Of a stretch of 64,000 bases of DNA, positions 1 to 8,650 are shown piece by piece. Below the pieces are notes generated by a model that worked only from the letters and a program-made list of their open reading frames with translations, was not told the DNA's origin and searched no databases. How positions within the stretch are numbered: the first letter of the stretch is position 1; every line of letters starts with the position of its first letter. The DNA comes from an uncultured cyanobacterium. Lineage in GTDB: Bacteria; Cyanobacteriota; Cyanobacteriia; Cyanobacteriales; CAWCAG01. Position numbers and translations under genes: made by a program. The stretch lies in NCBI GenBank assembly GCA_963803805.1, contig CAWDOD010000005.1:32001-96000 (forward strand), given 5' to 3'.

Positions 1-1153
1 ACTCTAAACTTGCGCCACCACCAGTAGAAATATGGCTCATTTTCTCAGCCACACCAACCTTTTCTACTGCTGCTACGGAGTCACCACCACCAATAATGGT
101 GATAACTTCTTTCTCTGTTAAATCGGCTAAGGAATTGGCGATCGCCTCTGTCCCTACAGCAAATTTATCAAATTCAAATACTCCCATGGGGCCATTCCAA
201 ATTACGCACTTACAATCAGCAAGGGCTTCTTGGAAGGTTTTGATAGAATCAGGACCAATATCTAAACCCATCCAACCATCGGGGATATTCTCAGCACTAA
301 CGGTTTTAGCTTCGGCATCAGGGGCGAAGTTATCAGCTACTACCACATCGGTGGGTAAGAGGAGGGCAACACCTTTTTCTTTGGCTTTCGCTTCTAAAGA
401 TTTGGCTAATTCTAATTTATCTTCTTCTACTAAAGATTTACCCACCTTTAAGCCCCTAGCTTGATAGAAGGTGAAAATCATCCCGCCACCAATTAGCAGC
501 TTGTCACACTTATCTAATAGAGTTTCAATAACACCAATTTTACTAGATACTTTTGAGCCGCCAATAATTGCCGCGAGGGGACGTTTGGGGTTATCTACGG
601 CGTTTTGTAGATAGTTGAGTTCTTTTTCAATTAAGTAACCTGCTACGCTGGGGCTAAGATAGTTGGTTACTCCTTCGGTGGAAGCATGGGCGCGGTGTGC
701 TGTACCAAAAGCGTCGTTAACGTAAAGATCCGCATTAGCAGCTAACTTTTTGGCAAATTCAGGATCATTACTAGTTTCTTCGTTATAGAAACGGACATTT
801 TCTAATAAAGCAACATCACCGTTGTCCATTTTGCTAACTGTAGCAGCGACAGAATCACCGATACAGTCATCACAAACAATGACTTCTTTGTCCAATAACT
901 CAGATAAACGCTTCGCCACAGGAGTTAAGCGTAATTCTTCTTTTACCTGACCCTTGGGACGACCCATATGACTAGATAAAAGTACCTTTGCCCCGTTTTC
1001 AACTAAATAATTTATGGTTGGTAAGGCTGCCCGAATGCGGGTATCGTCAGTGATGTTACCTGACTCTAGGGGGACATTAAAATCCGCCCTTACTAAAACT
1101 CGTTTTCCTTTTAAATCAGCCTCTGTTAAATCAGCTACAGTTTTTTTGGCCAT
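1..1153 (-). CDS. pgk: Phosphoglycerate kinase (3' end runs off the window)
   Basis: Not in the ORF track. The minus strand from ATG 1153 reads [28 protein letters not shown]...[11 protein letters not shown]...SHMGRP...STGGGASLE, which are canonical PGK motifs. Confidence 0.97.
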   Translation of the reverse strand, partial: MAKKTVADLTEADLKGKRVLVRADFNVPLESGNITDDTRIRAALPTINYLVENGAKVLLSSHMGRPKGQVKEELRLTPVAKRLSELLDKEVIVCDDCIGDSVAATVSKMDNGDVALLENVRFYNEETSNDPEFAKKLAANADLYVNDAFGTAHRAHASTEGVTNYLSPSVAGYLIEKELNYLQNAVDNPKRPLAAIIGGSKVSSKIGVIETLLDKCDKLLIGGGMIFTFYQARGLKVGKSLVEEDKLELAKSLEAKAKEKGVALLLPTDVVVADNFAPDAEAKTVSAENIPDGWMGLDIGPDSIKTFQEALADCKCVIWNGPMGVFEFDKFAVGTEAIANSLADLTEKEVITIIGGGDSVAAVEKVGVAEKMSHISTGGGASLE

Positions 1154-1341
1154 AGTTTATTATCTCCGTGATCTCAAAAATTATTACTTTTTTTCTTTAC
1201 AAAGCATAAAATCAGCGTATCGCTGCTTGCTATTATTCATTCCCTGGGAATTTAAAGTTAAATTCATGATTCAATAAAATAAATTAGGGAATTGCTCTTG
1301 TGCAGATTGTACCGGAGTGAGTGTACCGGAGGTTAGATAAA

Positions 1342-1752
1342 ATGTTTAATGTTGTCATTTTTCCCATTGACCAAACCAGAGAAAGTCGCGATGCGGCCGA
1401 AACTGTAGCCAATGTTGTTCAAAAACATAACAGCAAGTTATTTATTCTGTCTGTGGTGGAAAAACCGACTCCAGGAGAAGCAACTGAAGTTACTCCGATG
1501 AATTCAGCAGAAAATGTGGAAAAGTTGCTTCAGGGGGCCAAAGCTATGTTTGCCCAAAAAGGTATTCAAGCTGAGATTATTGAACGAGAGGGAGTTCCTG
1601 CTTTTGTTATTTGTGATGTGGCTGATGAATTGAAGGCGAATTTGATTGTGATGGGTTGTCGGGGTTTAGGCTTGACAGAAGAAGGTTTATCTGAAAGTGT
1701 GACTAATCGCGTGATTAATCTTTCTCCTTGTCCGGTTTTGATTGTACCTTGA
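1342..1752 (+). CDS. Universal stress protein (UspA family)
   Basis: MFNVVIFPID...ADELKANLIVMGCRG...SVTNRVINLSPCPVLIVP is the USP signature. Divergent from pgk. Confidence 0.92.
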   Translation: MFNVVIFPIDQTRESRDAAETVANVVQKHNSKLFILSVVEKPTPGEATEVTPMNSAENVEKLLQGAKAMFAQKGIQAEIIEREGVPAFVICDVADELKANLIVMGCRGLGLTEEGLSESVTNRVINLSPCPVLIVP

Positions 1753-1799
1753 TGGGGAGATAGGGAGATAGGGAAGGTTTGGTGATAGAATAATCGATG

Positions 1800-1916
1800 C
1801 TATATTGCTACTGAAATAACAGTACTTAATTTCACCAAAATCAAACCACAACCTTGACAAAACTGGTTATTACCAGGATTTTCGGGGCTAGGACAGGCAG
1901 GGTTGCAAAAGTACAT
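1800..1916 (-). CDS. 38-aa stand-alone 4-Cys prefix domain peptide (possibly a kinase N-terminal remnant)
   Basis: Manual translation gives MYFCNPACPSPENPGNNQFCQGCGLILVKLSTVISVAI*. This resembles the 4-Cys prefix (C..NP.C..P.NP....FC..CG) of cyanobacterial Ser/Thr kinases. Confidence 0.65.
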   Translation of the reverse strand: MYFCNPACPSPENPGNNQFCQGCGLILVKLSTVISVAI

Positions 1917-1954
1917 AGGTAGTCTAGATAGGGCATTATCTTGAACTATTTGAT

Positions 1955-2147
1955 TCTACCGAATTCGCGCAGAGTGCCTAGTGATTTCTAGTTATGAGGG
2001 TTAGGAAGTTATCGCACCAATTATGTGATTACAAGGGGAGGAACTTGCAGCCGTAGGGCATACGGTCAAGAGGTAAGGGCAAGGGTAAACACATTGGTGT
2101 CCCTGCGAATTAAGAATCCCCAGGCTTCTAGCCGTGGGGAGTGTCAA
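1955..2147 (+). mobile_element. Non-autonomous IS200/IS605-family mini-element (left end plus tnpB-type right end, no ORF)
   Basis: Right-end hairpin AAGAATCCCCAGGCTTCTAGCCGTGGGGAGTGTCAA ends in TCAA at 2147, with GCCGTAGGGCATACGGT upstream. A left-end-like CGCAGAGTGCC follows TTGAT (1950-1954). The left boundary is inferred. Confidence 0.7.
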
Positions 2148-2162
2148 CAAAGACAAATAGTT

Positions 2163-3461
2163 TTAGTTAAGGGTTTCTAGTATTTGCCCATTACTAGCAA
2201 TAGGAGGGGTTAATTCCAAATCAGATACTGTTTCGATAGGGGTAAATTGCAATCCCCTCGCTTCTACAGCATCAGCTAAAGCTGCTTCTCGCAATTCTTC
2301 CCTTAATTCTGGTATTACAGCTAAAGCCCTTGTCCAATCAGGAATTTGCGCCCCCATAGGATCAGCGAAGTATTCTTCTCCGGCTTCCATAATCACCTTC
2401 TCGAAGATTTCTGTAGTAACTTCTTCTTGGTGACGGTCATAAAGTATGCCGTTGAAACGGGCATCAACGAAGTATTGTCGGGTATAATCCTGTGCCTCTC
2501 GGCGGAACTTAACCCGCAGGGCATGGAGATGATCTATGGTTAATATCACCCTTTCGGTTTCCGTTAAGGTACGTAAAATGGAACGGAGAATATCTCGACA
2601 CATTTTCTGCAACCCTTCACTAGTGGAGTTACCCAAGGATTGGTGTTTATGATCGAAGATACCAAGATCAATTTGAGAAATACGTTTTTCTGCTACGTTG
2701 CGATAAACCTCTGCCAGGAAACCAATTTCTAAGCCCCAGTTGCCGGGAATGCGGGTATTTAGGGCTAAATCATTGGTGAGGGCAAATTCTCCTGAAAGGG
2801 GATAGCGATAGGCACTTAGGTAACGCAAGTAATTCTGGTAGCCAAATAAGTCTGTTAAGGCAGTTAATAAAGGTGCAACAAATAATCTGACTACTCGACC
2901 ATTTAAGTTGCGAGGAGACTGTCCTAACCGGGCGTAGTAGGCTTTGTTAAAAGCAATGCCAAATTCCTTTTCTAGTAAGGGAAAGAGAAGTTTGAGGGGA
3001 TAGGAACGGTCATAGGTGACAATATCTGCATCGTGGAGGGCGATCGCTTCAGCTTCTAAAGTTGCTACTCCTAATCCTAACCATACTGCCCGACCTTTAC
3101 CTTTAAAAGCAAATAAGTCTAGCCCTTTAGTCCGGAGTTTTTCTAGAAGTTCTGTAGTTCTAGCACCATTTTCCCAGATAACAAAACTAGGTTGAGGTAA
3201 GACATCGAAGAATTTGACTGCTTTGGCATATTGTTCTTTGGTGTCTGCATAAAGACAAACAATTACTGTTTTGACAAAGCGACATTCTTTAAGATGTTCA
3301 ACAATTTGTCCTAAAGCTGGTCTTTCTAATTCTTCATATAAAGCAGGAATCAGAACTGCTGTAGGAGAAGTTTCACTTAAAAGTGTCAATCTAGCTTCAA
3401 GGCTTTCTAAATTGCACCCAAAGTCATGAATTGTGGTGATAAGTTCTTGTTTATAGTCCAT
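2163..3461 (-). CDS. gpgS: Glucosyl-3-phosphoglycerate synthase
   Basis: MDYKQELITTIHDFG, GKGRAVW, HDADI, GRVVRLFV, YPLSGEF, WGLEIG, DHKHQ. Divergent from the cognate HAD phosphatase. Confidence 0.85.
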   Translation of the reverse strand: MDYKQELITTIHDFGCNLESLEARLTLLSETSPTAVLIPALYEELERPALGQIVEHLKECRFVKTVIVCLYADTKEQYAKAVKFFDVLPQPSFVIWENGARTTELLEKLRTKGLDLFAFKGKGRAVWLGLGVATLEAEAIALHDADIVTYDRSYPLKLLFPLLEKEFGIAFNKAYYARLGQSPRNLNGRVVRLFVAPLLTALTDLFGYQNYLRYLSAYRYPLSGEFALTNDLALNTRIPGNWGLEIGFLAEVYRNVAEKRISQIDLGIFDHKHQSLGNSTSEGLQKMCRDILRSILRTLTETERVILTIDHLHALRVKFRREAQDYTRQYFVDARFNGILYDRHQEEVTTEIFEKVIMEAGEEYFADPMGAQIPDWTRALAVIPELREELREAALADAVEARGLQFTPIETVSDLELTPPIASNGQILETLN

Positions 3462-3493
3462 AGAACTACATAAGATCCTAATACGATCTCTCA

Positions 3494-3535
3494 ATTATGG
3501 AATATTACCGAAATATTTGATGTTTGCGTTGATAC
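3494..3535 (-). promoter_or_regulatory. Putative NtcA-activated (class II) promoter of gpgS
   Basis: Minus strand reads GTA-TCAACGCA-AAC (3535-3522; one mismatch to GTA-N8-TAC), then 22 nt, then the -10-like CATAAT (3499-3494). Confidence 0.55.
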
Positions 3536-3600
3536 AAATTTCCTAACAGGTAATATCTCTTAAGCTAAACTAACAAGAAAAATTTAAAATTCGTTAACCA

Positions 3601-4416
3601 ATGTTAATTATCTTCACTGACTTAGATGGAACTCTTCTTGACCCCGAAGACTATAGTTATGAACCGGCATTGCCAATGCTCGAAAAGCTAAAGCAGGAGA
3701 AGATTCCTGTGATTCCTGTGACGAGTAAAACCCGTGCAGAAGTAGAAGATTTGTTACAAGAATTGGGTATGATAGACCCTTTTGTGGTTGAAAATGGCAG
3801 CGGTATTTTTTTGCCAGCAACTGACCCGCGTTTTCAGGTAAATACAAAGGAGAAGTGGGGAAATTATATTTTGCTCCGTTTAGGGATGAGTTACGGTGAA
3901 GCTAGAGAAGGATTAAAAGCCGTTGCCAAGGATTTAAGTCTACATTTACAAGGTTTTGGGGATTTAAGTGATGCCCAATTACATCAATTAACAGGCTTGT
4001 CATCAGAGGCAATTAAACGGGCGAAGGCAAGGGAATTTACAGAACCTTTTGTTACCCCCTTTGAAGTTAGTTCCCAAAGAATCGAAGAAGCCGTAAAAAA
4101 TCAAGGTTTTAAAGTAGTAGTGGGAGACAGATTTTCCCATTTAATTGGACCTGAAGCGGGTAAAGGATTGGCGGTGAAAGAGTTGGAATTGCTTTACCAA
4201 AAAACAGTTTCAAATGAGAAGATTATTACTGTTGGTTTAGGTAACAGCCCTAATGACATCGCTATGTTAGAAAATGTTGATCATCCCTTCATTATCCCTG
4301 GACGTAAAGGGCCTCATCCTGGTTTATTAGGTAGGGGATGGACAGTTGCCTCTCATCCTGGGCCAACCGGTTGGTATTCTGTTATTAGTGAGCAGTTATC
4401 TAGTTACGAGAATTAG
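3601..4416 (+). CDS. gpgP: Glucosyl/mannosyl-3-phosphoglycerate phosphatase (HAD-IIB)
   Basis: FTDLDGTLL, TSKTRAE, ENG, REFTEPF, GNSPNDIAML. Confidence 0.85.
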   Translation: MLIIFTDLDGTLLDPEDYSYEPALPMLEKLKQEKIPVIPVTSKTRAEVEDLLQELGMIDPFVVENGSGIFLPATDPRFQVNTKEKWGNYILLRLGMSYGEAREGLKAVAKDLSLHLQGFGDLSDAQLHQLTGLSSEAIKRAKAREFTEPFVTPFEVSSQRIEEAVKNQGFKVVVGDRFSHLIGPEAGKGLAVKELELLYQKTVSNEKIITVGLGNSPNDIAMLENVDHPFIIPGRKGPHPGLLGRGWTVASHPGPTGWYSVISEQLSSYEN

Positions 4417-4617
4417 TTTCTTTCAGTTATTATTAAAGATTGTTAATCCTAAAAGTAATATTCATCTTACTTCTAAAATGGAGCGATTGCAGATGGTAAA
4501 ATTTAAACCGCTTTTGCATCTACCTACCAGCGAAGAGTTACCTTGCTCTGATGATACCCCTGTGGATAACGAACTCCAAAACCTCGTTCCCAACTGACTC
4601 TTAAATATCCTTGCTTT

Positions 4618-5939
4618 GTAAGTATTCAGGTGGTGGATTGAGGAATAAGAGAAGGGATAAAAGAAACACCAACATGAGCTTGCAAAGCCTTCTCAAAGAA
4701 ACGAATCACAGAACGCTTCTGAAGGCGACACGATTGAATAATGCTCAGAAGATAAGCAGTAGAGCGAAATCGACTTAGGGAACGAGAGCCACCACAAACT
4801 TTGCGCTTAGTAACAGCAGTTCTTAAACAGCGTTCAGCCAAATTATTGTCAGGGGGAACTTCTGGATGGTCAAGAAAATACCACCACTGGTGGGCTTTAT
4901 CCGTTAATGAGCGCAGGAGCTTTCCCGCTTCATGACCAGCACAACTGAGCCAGTGAGCAACTTGTCTTCTCACTCTTTCTCGAAACTCCATCCCCCAGTG
5001 GCGGTACTGAGTCTCATCTTGAGTCTGCCGCCAGAGTTGATGTTGCTCAAACGATTCTGATATCAGCCCTAGAAACACTTGAGCAATGTCTTGATTATGC
5101 TTGCCTTTGGTTTTGAATAACCTCTTGAAATGACGCAGTAGATGGGCTAGACACTTTTGCTGTCCTCTGGCTGGATAACTATTGTAGACACTGAAATCGT
5201 CACTAATAATTACCCCACCATAGCTGGAACCTAAAACCCCTTCTAGTTCTTTTCTTCCTCTGGTATCTCCACTATGAAACAGGCAAAATCTTTCTCCTGC
5301 CAACACCCATAACCATTCCTTTACACCCACTACTGGCCAAGGTGTCTCATCAATATGAAGGTTCGGTCCCAACTCTTGAGCTGGTATCATCTGTTGCGAC
5401 CATGACGCTGCTGTTACCCCTCCACAACGACTACATTGACAGTGATGGCGCTCGTACTCCACTATCTCTATTGGTCTTTCTACCAGTTGGGCTACTTGCT
5501 GAAGTTCTACTTTCACTGCCTTGCCTGTGAATTCTTTTCCCCCACAGTTGATGCAGGTTTCTGGTTTGAGTAATTCATACCGGTCTACCCGCCCAAATCC
5601 TTTTCTTGTCTTCCCTTTATGTCCTGGCTGTCCTCCTGCCTTTCTTTTCACTGACTCTGCTTGTTTTTCTTCCTTTTTTCCCTTCTCACTTTTTTTCAGT
5701 AGATCCGTTGATGGCGGTTTTGATGATGTTTGAGAATCTGCATTCAATCTTACTTTCAGCTTTTCTATCTCTTCACAGAGCTTCCCTATTACCTTCTTTT
5801 GAGCTATCACCATCTCTACCAGTTTTTCTTTCGGCAACTGGGACAATTCTTCTGCTGTTTTTTCTGGCGTTCCTTCTTTCATATTTGCTTACTCTACCTA
5901 CTCCTCTGTTTTTGTCAACCCCTCCACCTGAATCCTTAC
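4618..5939 (-). mobile_element. IS66-family element, 1322 bp
   Basis: TIRs GTAAGTATTCAGGTGG / GTAAGGATTCAGGTGG. 8-bp TSD CTTGCTTT at 4610-4617 and 5940-5947. Confidence 0.93.
4626..5882 (-). CDS. IS66 transposase, apparent in-frame internal deletion
   Basis: SSKPPS, GGQPGHKG, Zn finger, HIDETPW, QKCLAHLLRH, PPDNNLAER. The segment normally found between the Zn finger and DETPW appears to be missing. Confidence 0.85.
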   Translation of the reverse strand: MKEGTPEKTAEELSQLPKEKLVEMVIAQKKVIGKLCEEIEKLKVRLNADSQTSSKPPSTDLLKKSEKGKKEEKQAESVKRKAGGQPGHKGKTRKGFGRVDRYELLKPETCINCGGKEFTGKAVKVELQQVAQLVERPIEIVEYERHHCQCSRCGGVTAASWSQQMIPAQELGPNLHIDETPWPVVGVKEWLWVLAGERFCLFHSGDTRGRKELEGVLGSSYGGVIISDDFSVYNSYPARGQQKCLAHLLRHFKRLFKTKGKHNQDIAQVFLGLISESFEQHQLWRQTQDETQYRHWGMEFRERVRRQVAHWLSCAGHEAGKLLRSLTDKAHQWWYFLDHPEVPPDNNLAERCLRTAVTKRKVCGGSRSLSRFRSTAYLLSIIQSCRLQKRSVIRFFEKALQAHVGVSFIPSLIPQSTT

Positions 5940-6196
5940 CTTGCTTTTATTTGGCAAGAACGGCAAGATTGGTTTTTTGGGGTAGATATGGGTATGTACT
6001 ACCAAGATGAAAACGAATCGGAAGGTTACAAACTGATCATACCAGATGGTTTCTTAAGTATTGGTGTACCGAGACGTTCTGGTAAAAATGGCAGACTTAG
6101 TTATGTATTGTGGGAAGAAAAGGTTTCCCCAATTATGGCAATCGAAATAGTCTCTAAAAGTTACAACAATGAGTATGAAGAAAAACTAGAAAAGTA

Positions 6197-7026
6197 GGTT
6201 CTACCGAACTTGCAATGTGAAAACAAAAAACCAGAAAATAGATACTCAAGCTTTAAATATATAGTTTTATGTCTATAAAGTTTATCCAGCTTGCATTTCA
6301 AAGAAATGGGTTGAGTGAACAAGAAATAGAAACAATGCTCAAAGAAGTTGGAGCAGAATTAAAAAATCAATTGCCTCTGAATTTAAAGAGATTGGGGATT
6401 GATGAAATAGCAGTAGTCAAAGGGCAGGGAAATTATTATAAAGTGGCTAATAAATTAATGCCAAATGCCGAAGTAGTAGCAGATAGATTCCATGTCATGA
6501 AGCAAGTTAATGACGAATTAGATGCTCAAAGAAAGAAACTAAAAAGAGAAACTAACAATCAGAACTCCTCAGAAGAAAAGCAAGAAATCCTCACAGGATT
6601 AAACAAAAGTAAATATGCCTTACTAAAAAATGAATTAGACTTGAGCGAAGAGCAAAAGATTAAATTAAACCAAGTCAATAAAGTCTCACCTTTTCTAGGT
6701 AAAATGCACAGATTAAAAGAGGAATTTAGAACTATATTTGAACAGAGCCAAGACTGGAGTGAAGGATTATTAGAAATAGCTAATTGGTGCGCTCAAGCTT
6801 ACTCGTATTTCCCAAAAAGCTGTGGAACAATAAGGCGTTGGATGGGAGAGATTATAGCCTACTTTGATGAGGGTACAACTCAAGGAGTAGTGGAAGGAAT
6901 TAACAACAAGTTGAAGTTGATTAAAAGGAGAGGTTACGGATTCAGGAACTTTGACAATTTTTCTCTGAGAAGCTTGTTGACTTGGCATTTCAACTGCTAA
7001 TCTTACATTCTAAGTTCGGTAGAACC
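6197..7026 (+). mobile_element. ISL3-family element, internally deleted (830 bp)
   Basis: Perfect 15-bp TIR GGTTCTACCGAACTT. 8-bp TSD GAAAAGTA at 6189-6196 and 7027-7034. Confidence 0.93.
6269..7000 (+). pseudogene. ISL3 transposase with internal deletions
   Basis: [33 protein letters not shown]. Only 243 aa; the N-terminal Zn finger and the middle catalytic segment are absent. Confidence 0.85.
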
Positions 7027-7172
7027 GAAAAGTATCAGAATTTAGGAATACTTTACTACCTAATTTACAACCCCAATCATTGGAAAAGAGACAAGCATCA
7101 ACCCCTAGAATTGTATCGTTTAGAAGAGGGAGAATATATCTTACAACCAGAAGAGCCTTATTGGTTGCCAGA

Positions 7173-8183
7173 ACGTGAGTTCGAAGAAGTCAAAAGAGAG
7201 CAGGAGGAAGAGAATTTAGGGCTTTTGGGTCAAGATCGAGAGAAGGTTTCTTGGGCAAATAAGTATAAGCAGTAAGGCCAGCCAAAAGATTAACCAGAAA
7301 ATTCCAAATGCTTCGATGCCTGGAATGTTCTATTTGGCAGATGTTCTTAAGCTGGTCATTGACAGTTTCAATCAGAGAGCGCTTTCTTAAAAGTATCTTG
7401 TCCCTCAAGCGGATTAATTTTTGCTTCATGTTTTTTTTACGTCCTGTGATGAGTTCTAGCCCTTGCTCATAGAGTTTCTCAAACAACTCCTGAGAAATAT
7501 AACCACGGTCTCCAAATAACTTACCAATCAAGTCTTGAGTCATGTCAGGCACGGGCTTACGGTCATCAGTATTTCCAGTAGTTAGCTTGAAAGCAAGTAA
7601 CTCACCTTTGTCATTGATAATCAAGTGCAGTTTGAAGCCATAGTGCCATCCCATAGAGTTTTTGCCCCAACCTACCAAACCCTCAAAGACACGGTGGCTT
7701 TTGGAGCGATTGGGATGACAGACTTCAATGGGTGTCGAGTCAATAAAACTGATGCCTGTGATTTCCCCTCTACGGCTATGGAGAAAGCAACACAGAAGCA
7801 TCAAGCACCAAGGCATTAACTCTACAAATCGTGTGTAGCTGACTAAATTGGGAAATGCTTTGCGCCAGTAAGGTAATACTTGCAGAGTGTAAAATTCTTT
7901 GAAGGTGCGAAACCCCGAACCATGAAAGGCAATTACTATTGTCATTACTTCACTTAAGCTTAAACGAGAGCGACACAGACGTTCTCCACAAATTGCTGTC
8001 AACATTGGCTGTTGTTGCCAATGCTTTTCAAATAATTGATAGAAGTCATCTACTTCACAAAAAATTTGGGTAATATCCAGACGAGATACAATAGTAGACA
8101 TGGCATCAGATGTTGATTAAGATTCATTTTCAGCATAACTCTGATGCTTTTCTTTTCTCTATTTTTCTCCATCGAACTCACGT
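7173..8183 (-). mobile_element. IS982-family element, 1011 bp
   Basis: TIR ACGTGAGTTCGA at both ends. 8-bp TSD TTGCCAGA at 7165-7172 and 8184-8191. Confidence 0.93.
7190..8101 (-). CDS. IS982 transposase (intact)
   Basis: FCEVDDF, IDSTPI, GWHYGFKLHL, GDRGYIS, RSLIETVNDQLKN. Confidence 0.93.
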   Translation of the reverse strand: MSTIVSRLDITQIFCEVDDFYQLFEKHWQQQPMLTAICGERLCRSRLSLSEVMTIVIAFHGSGFRTFKEFYTLQVLPYWRKAFPNLVSYTRFVELMPWCLMLLCCFLHSRRGEITGISFIDSTPIEVCHPNRSKSHRVFEGLVGWGKNSMGWHYGFKLHLIINDKGELLAFKLTTGNTDDRKPVPDMTQDLIGKLFGDRGYISQELFEKLYEQGLELITGRKKNMKQKLIRLRDKILLRKRSLIETVNDQLKNICQIEHSRHRSIWNFLVNLLAGLTAYTYLPKKPSLDLDPKALNSLPPALF

Positions 8184-8650
8184 TTGCCAGAAATAGGTTT
8201 AGGAATAGGTAGAGATAAATCAACTCATTTAGGATGGGAACGAGAATGGCTGCTGTGGTATAACAAAGAGGGTAAAGCTTATCCGATTGTTGAAGAAGTA
8301 ATTGGGGATATGCAACAACAGTTAGAAAAAGAGCGTCAATGAGCTGAAAAAGCTCAACAGGAAAAACAATTTAGAGAAGAACAACAGAGACAGACTGTAA
8401 TTCGACTTTCCTCTTTGGGATTAAGTGCAGAACAAATTGCCGATGCTTGTCATCTCTCCCTTGCAGAAGTTAGAGCCATTCTTGAATAAATTTAACCCTA
8501 TTTCCCAAAATTACGAGGCTCTTTTTAGCCTCAGCAAGTATATATATCTATACTACTGCTGTGGACTTTTTTAAGGCTAAGAGGTGGGATCGCATCTCTT
8601 AGCATTAGGTTCCACATCCTGATTCCAGAAGACAGTTGGGAGCATCTATT

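Larger units (their letters stand above)
4493..8489 (+). pseudogene. Uma2-family endonuclease interrupted by three IS elements and two nonsense codons
   Basis: Joining 4493-4617, 5948-6196, 7035-7172 and 8192-8489 gives 810 nt in frame: LPTSEELPCSDDTPVDNELQ...DWFFGVDMG...PDGFLSIGV...AIEIVS...EYEEKLEKYQNLGILYYLIYNP...YWLPEIGLGIG. TGA stops at 4595 and 8340. Confidence 0.92.

Noticed and set aside
96-1277. Plus-strand ORFs 96-464 and 1014-1277
   Set aside because: They are antisense shadows of pgk.
1308-1331. Direct repeat TGTACCGGAG x2 upstream of the USP gene
   Set aside because: Only two copies and no known motif. It could be an operator but this is unsupported.
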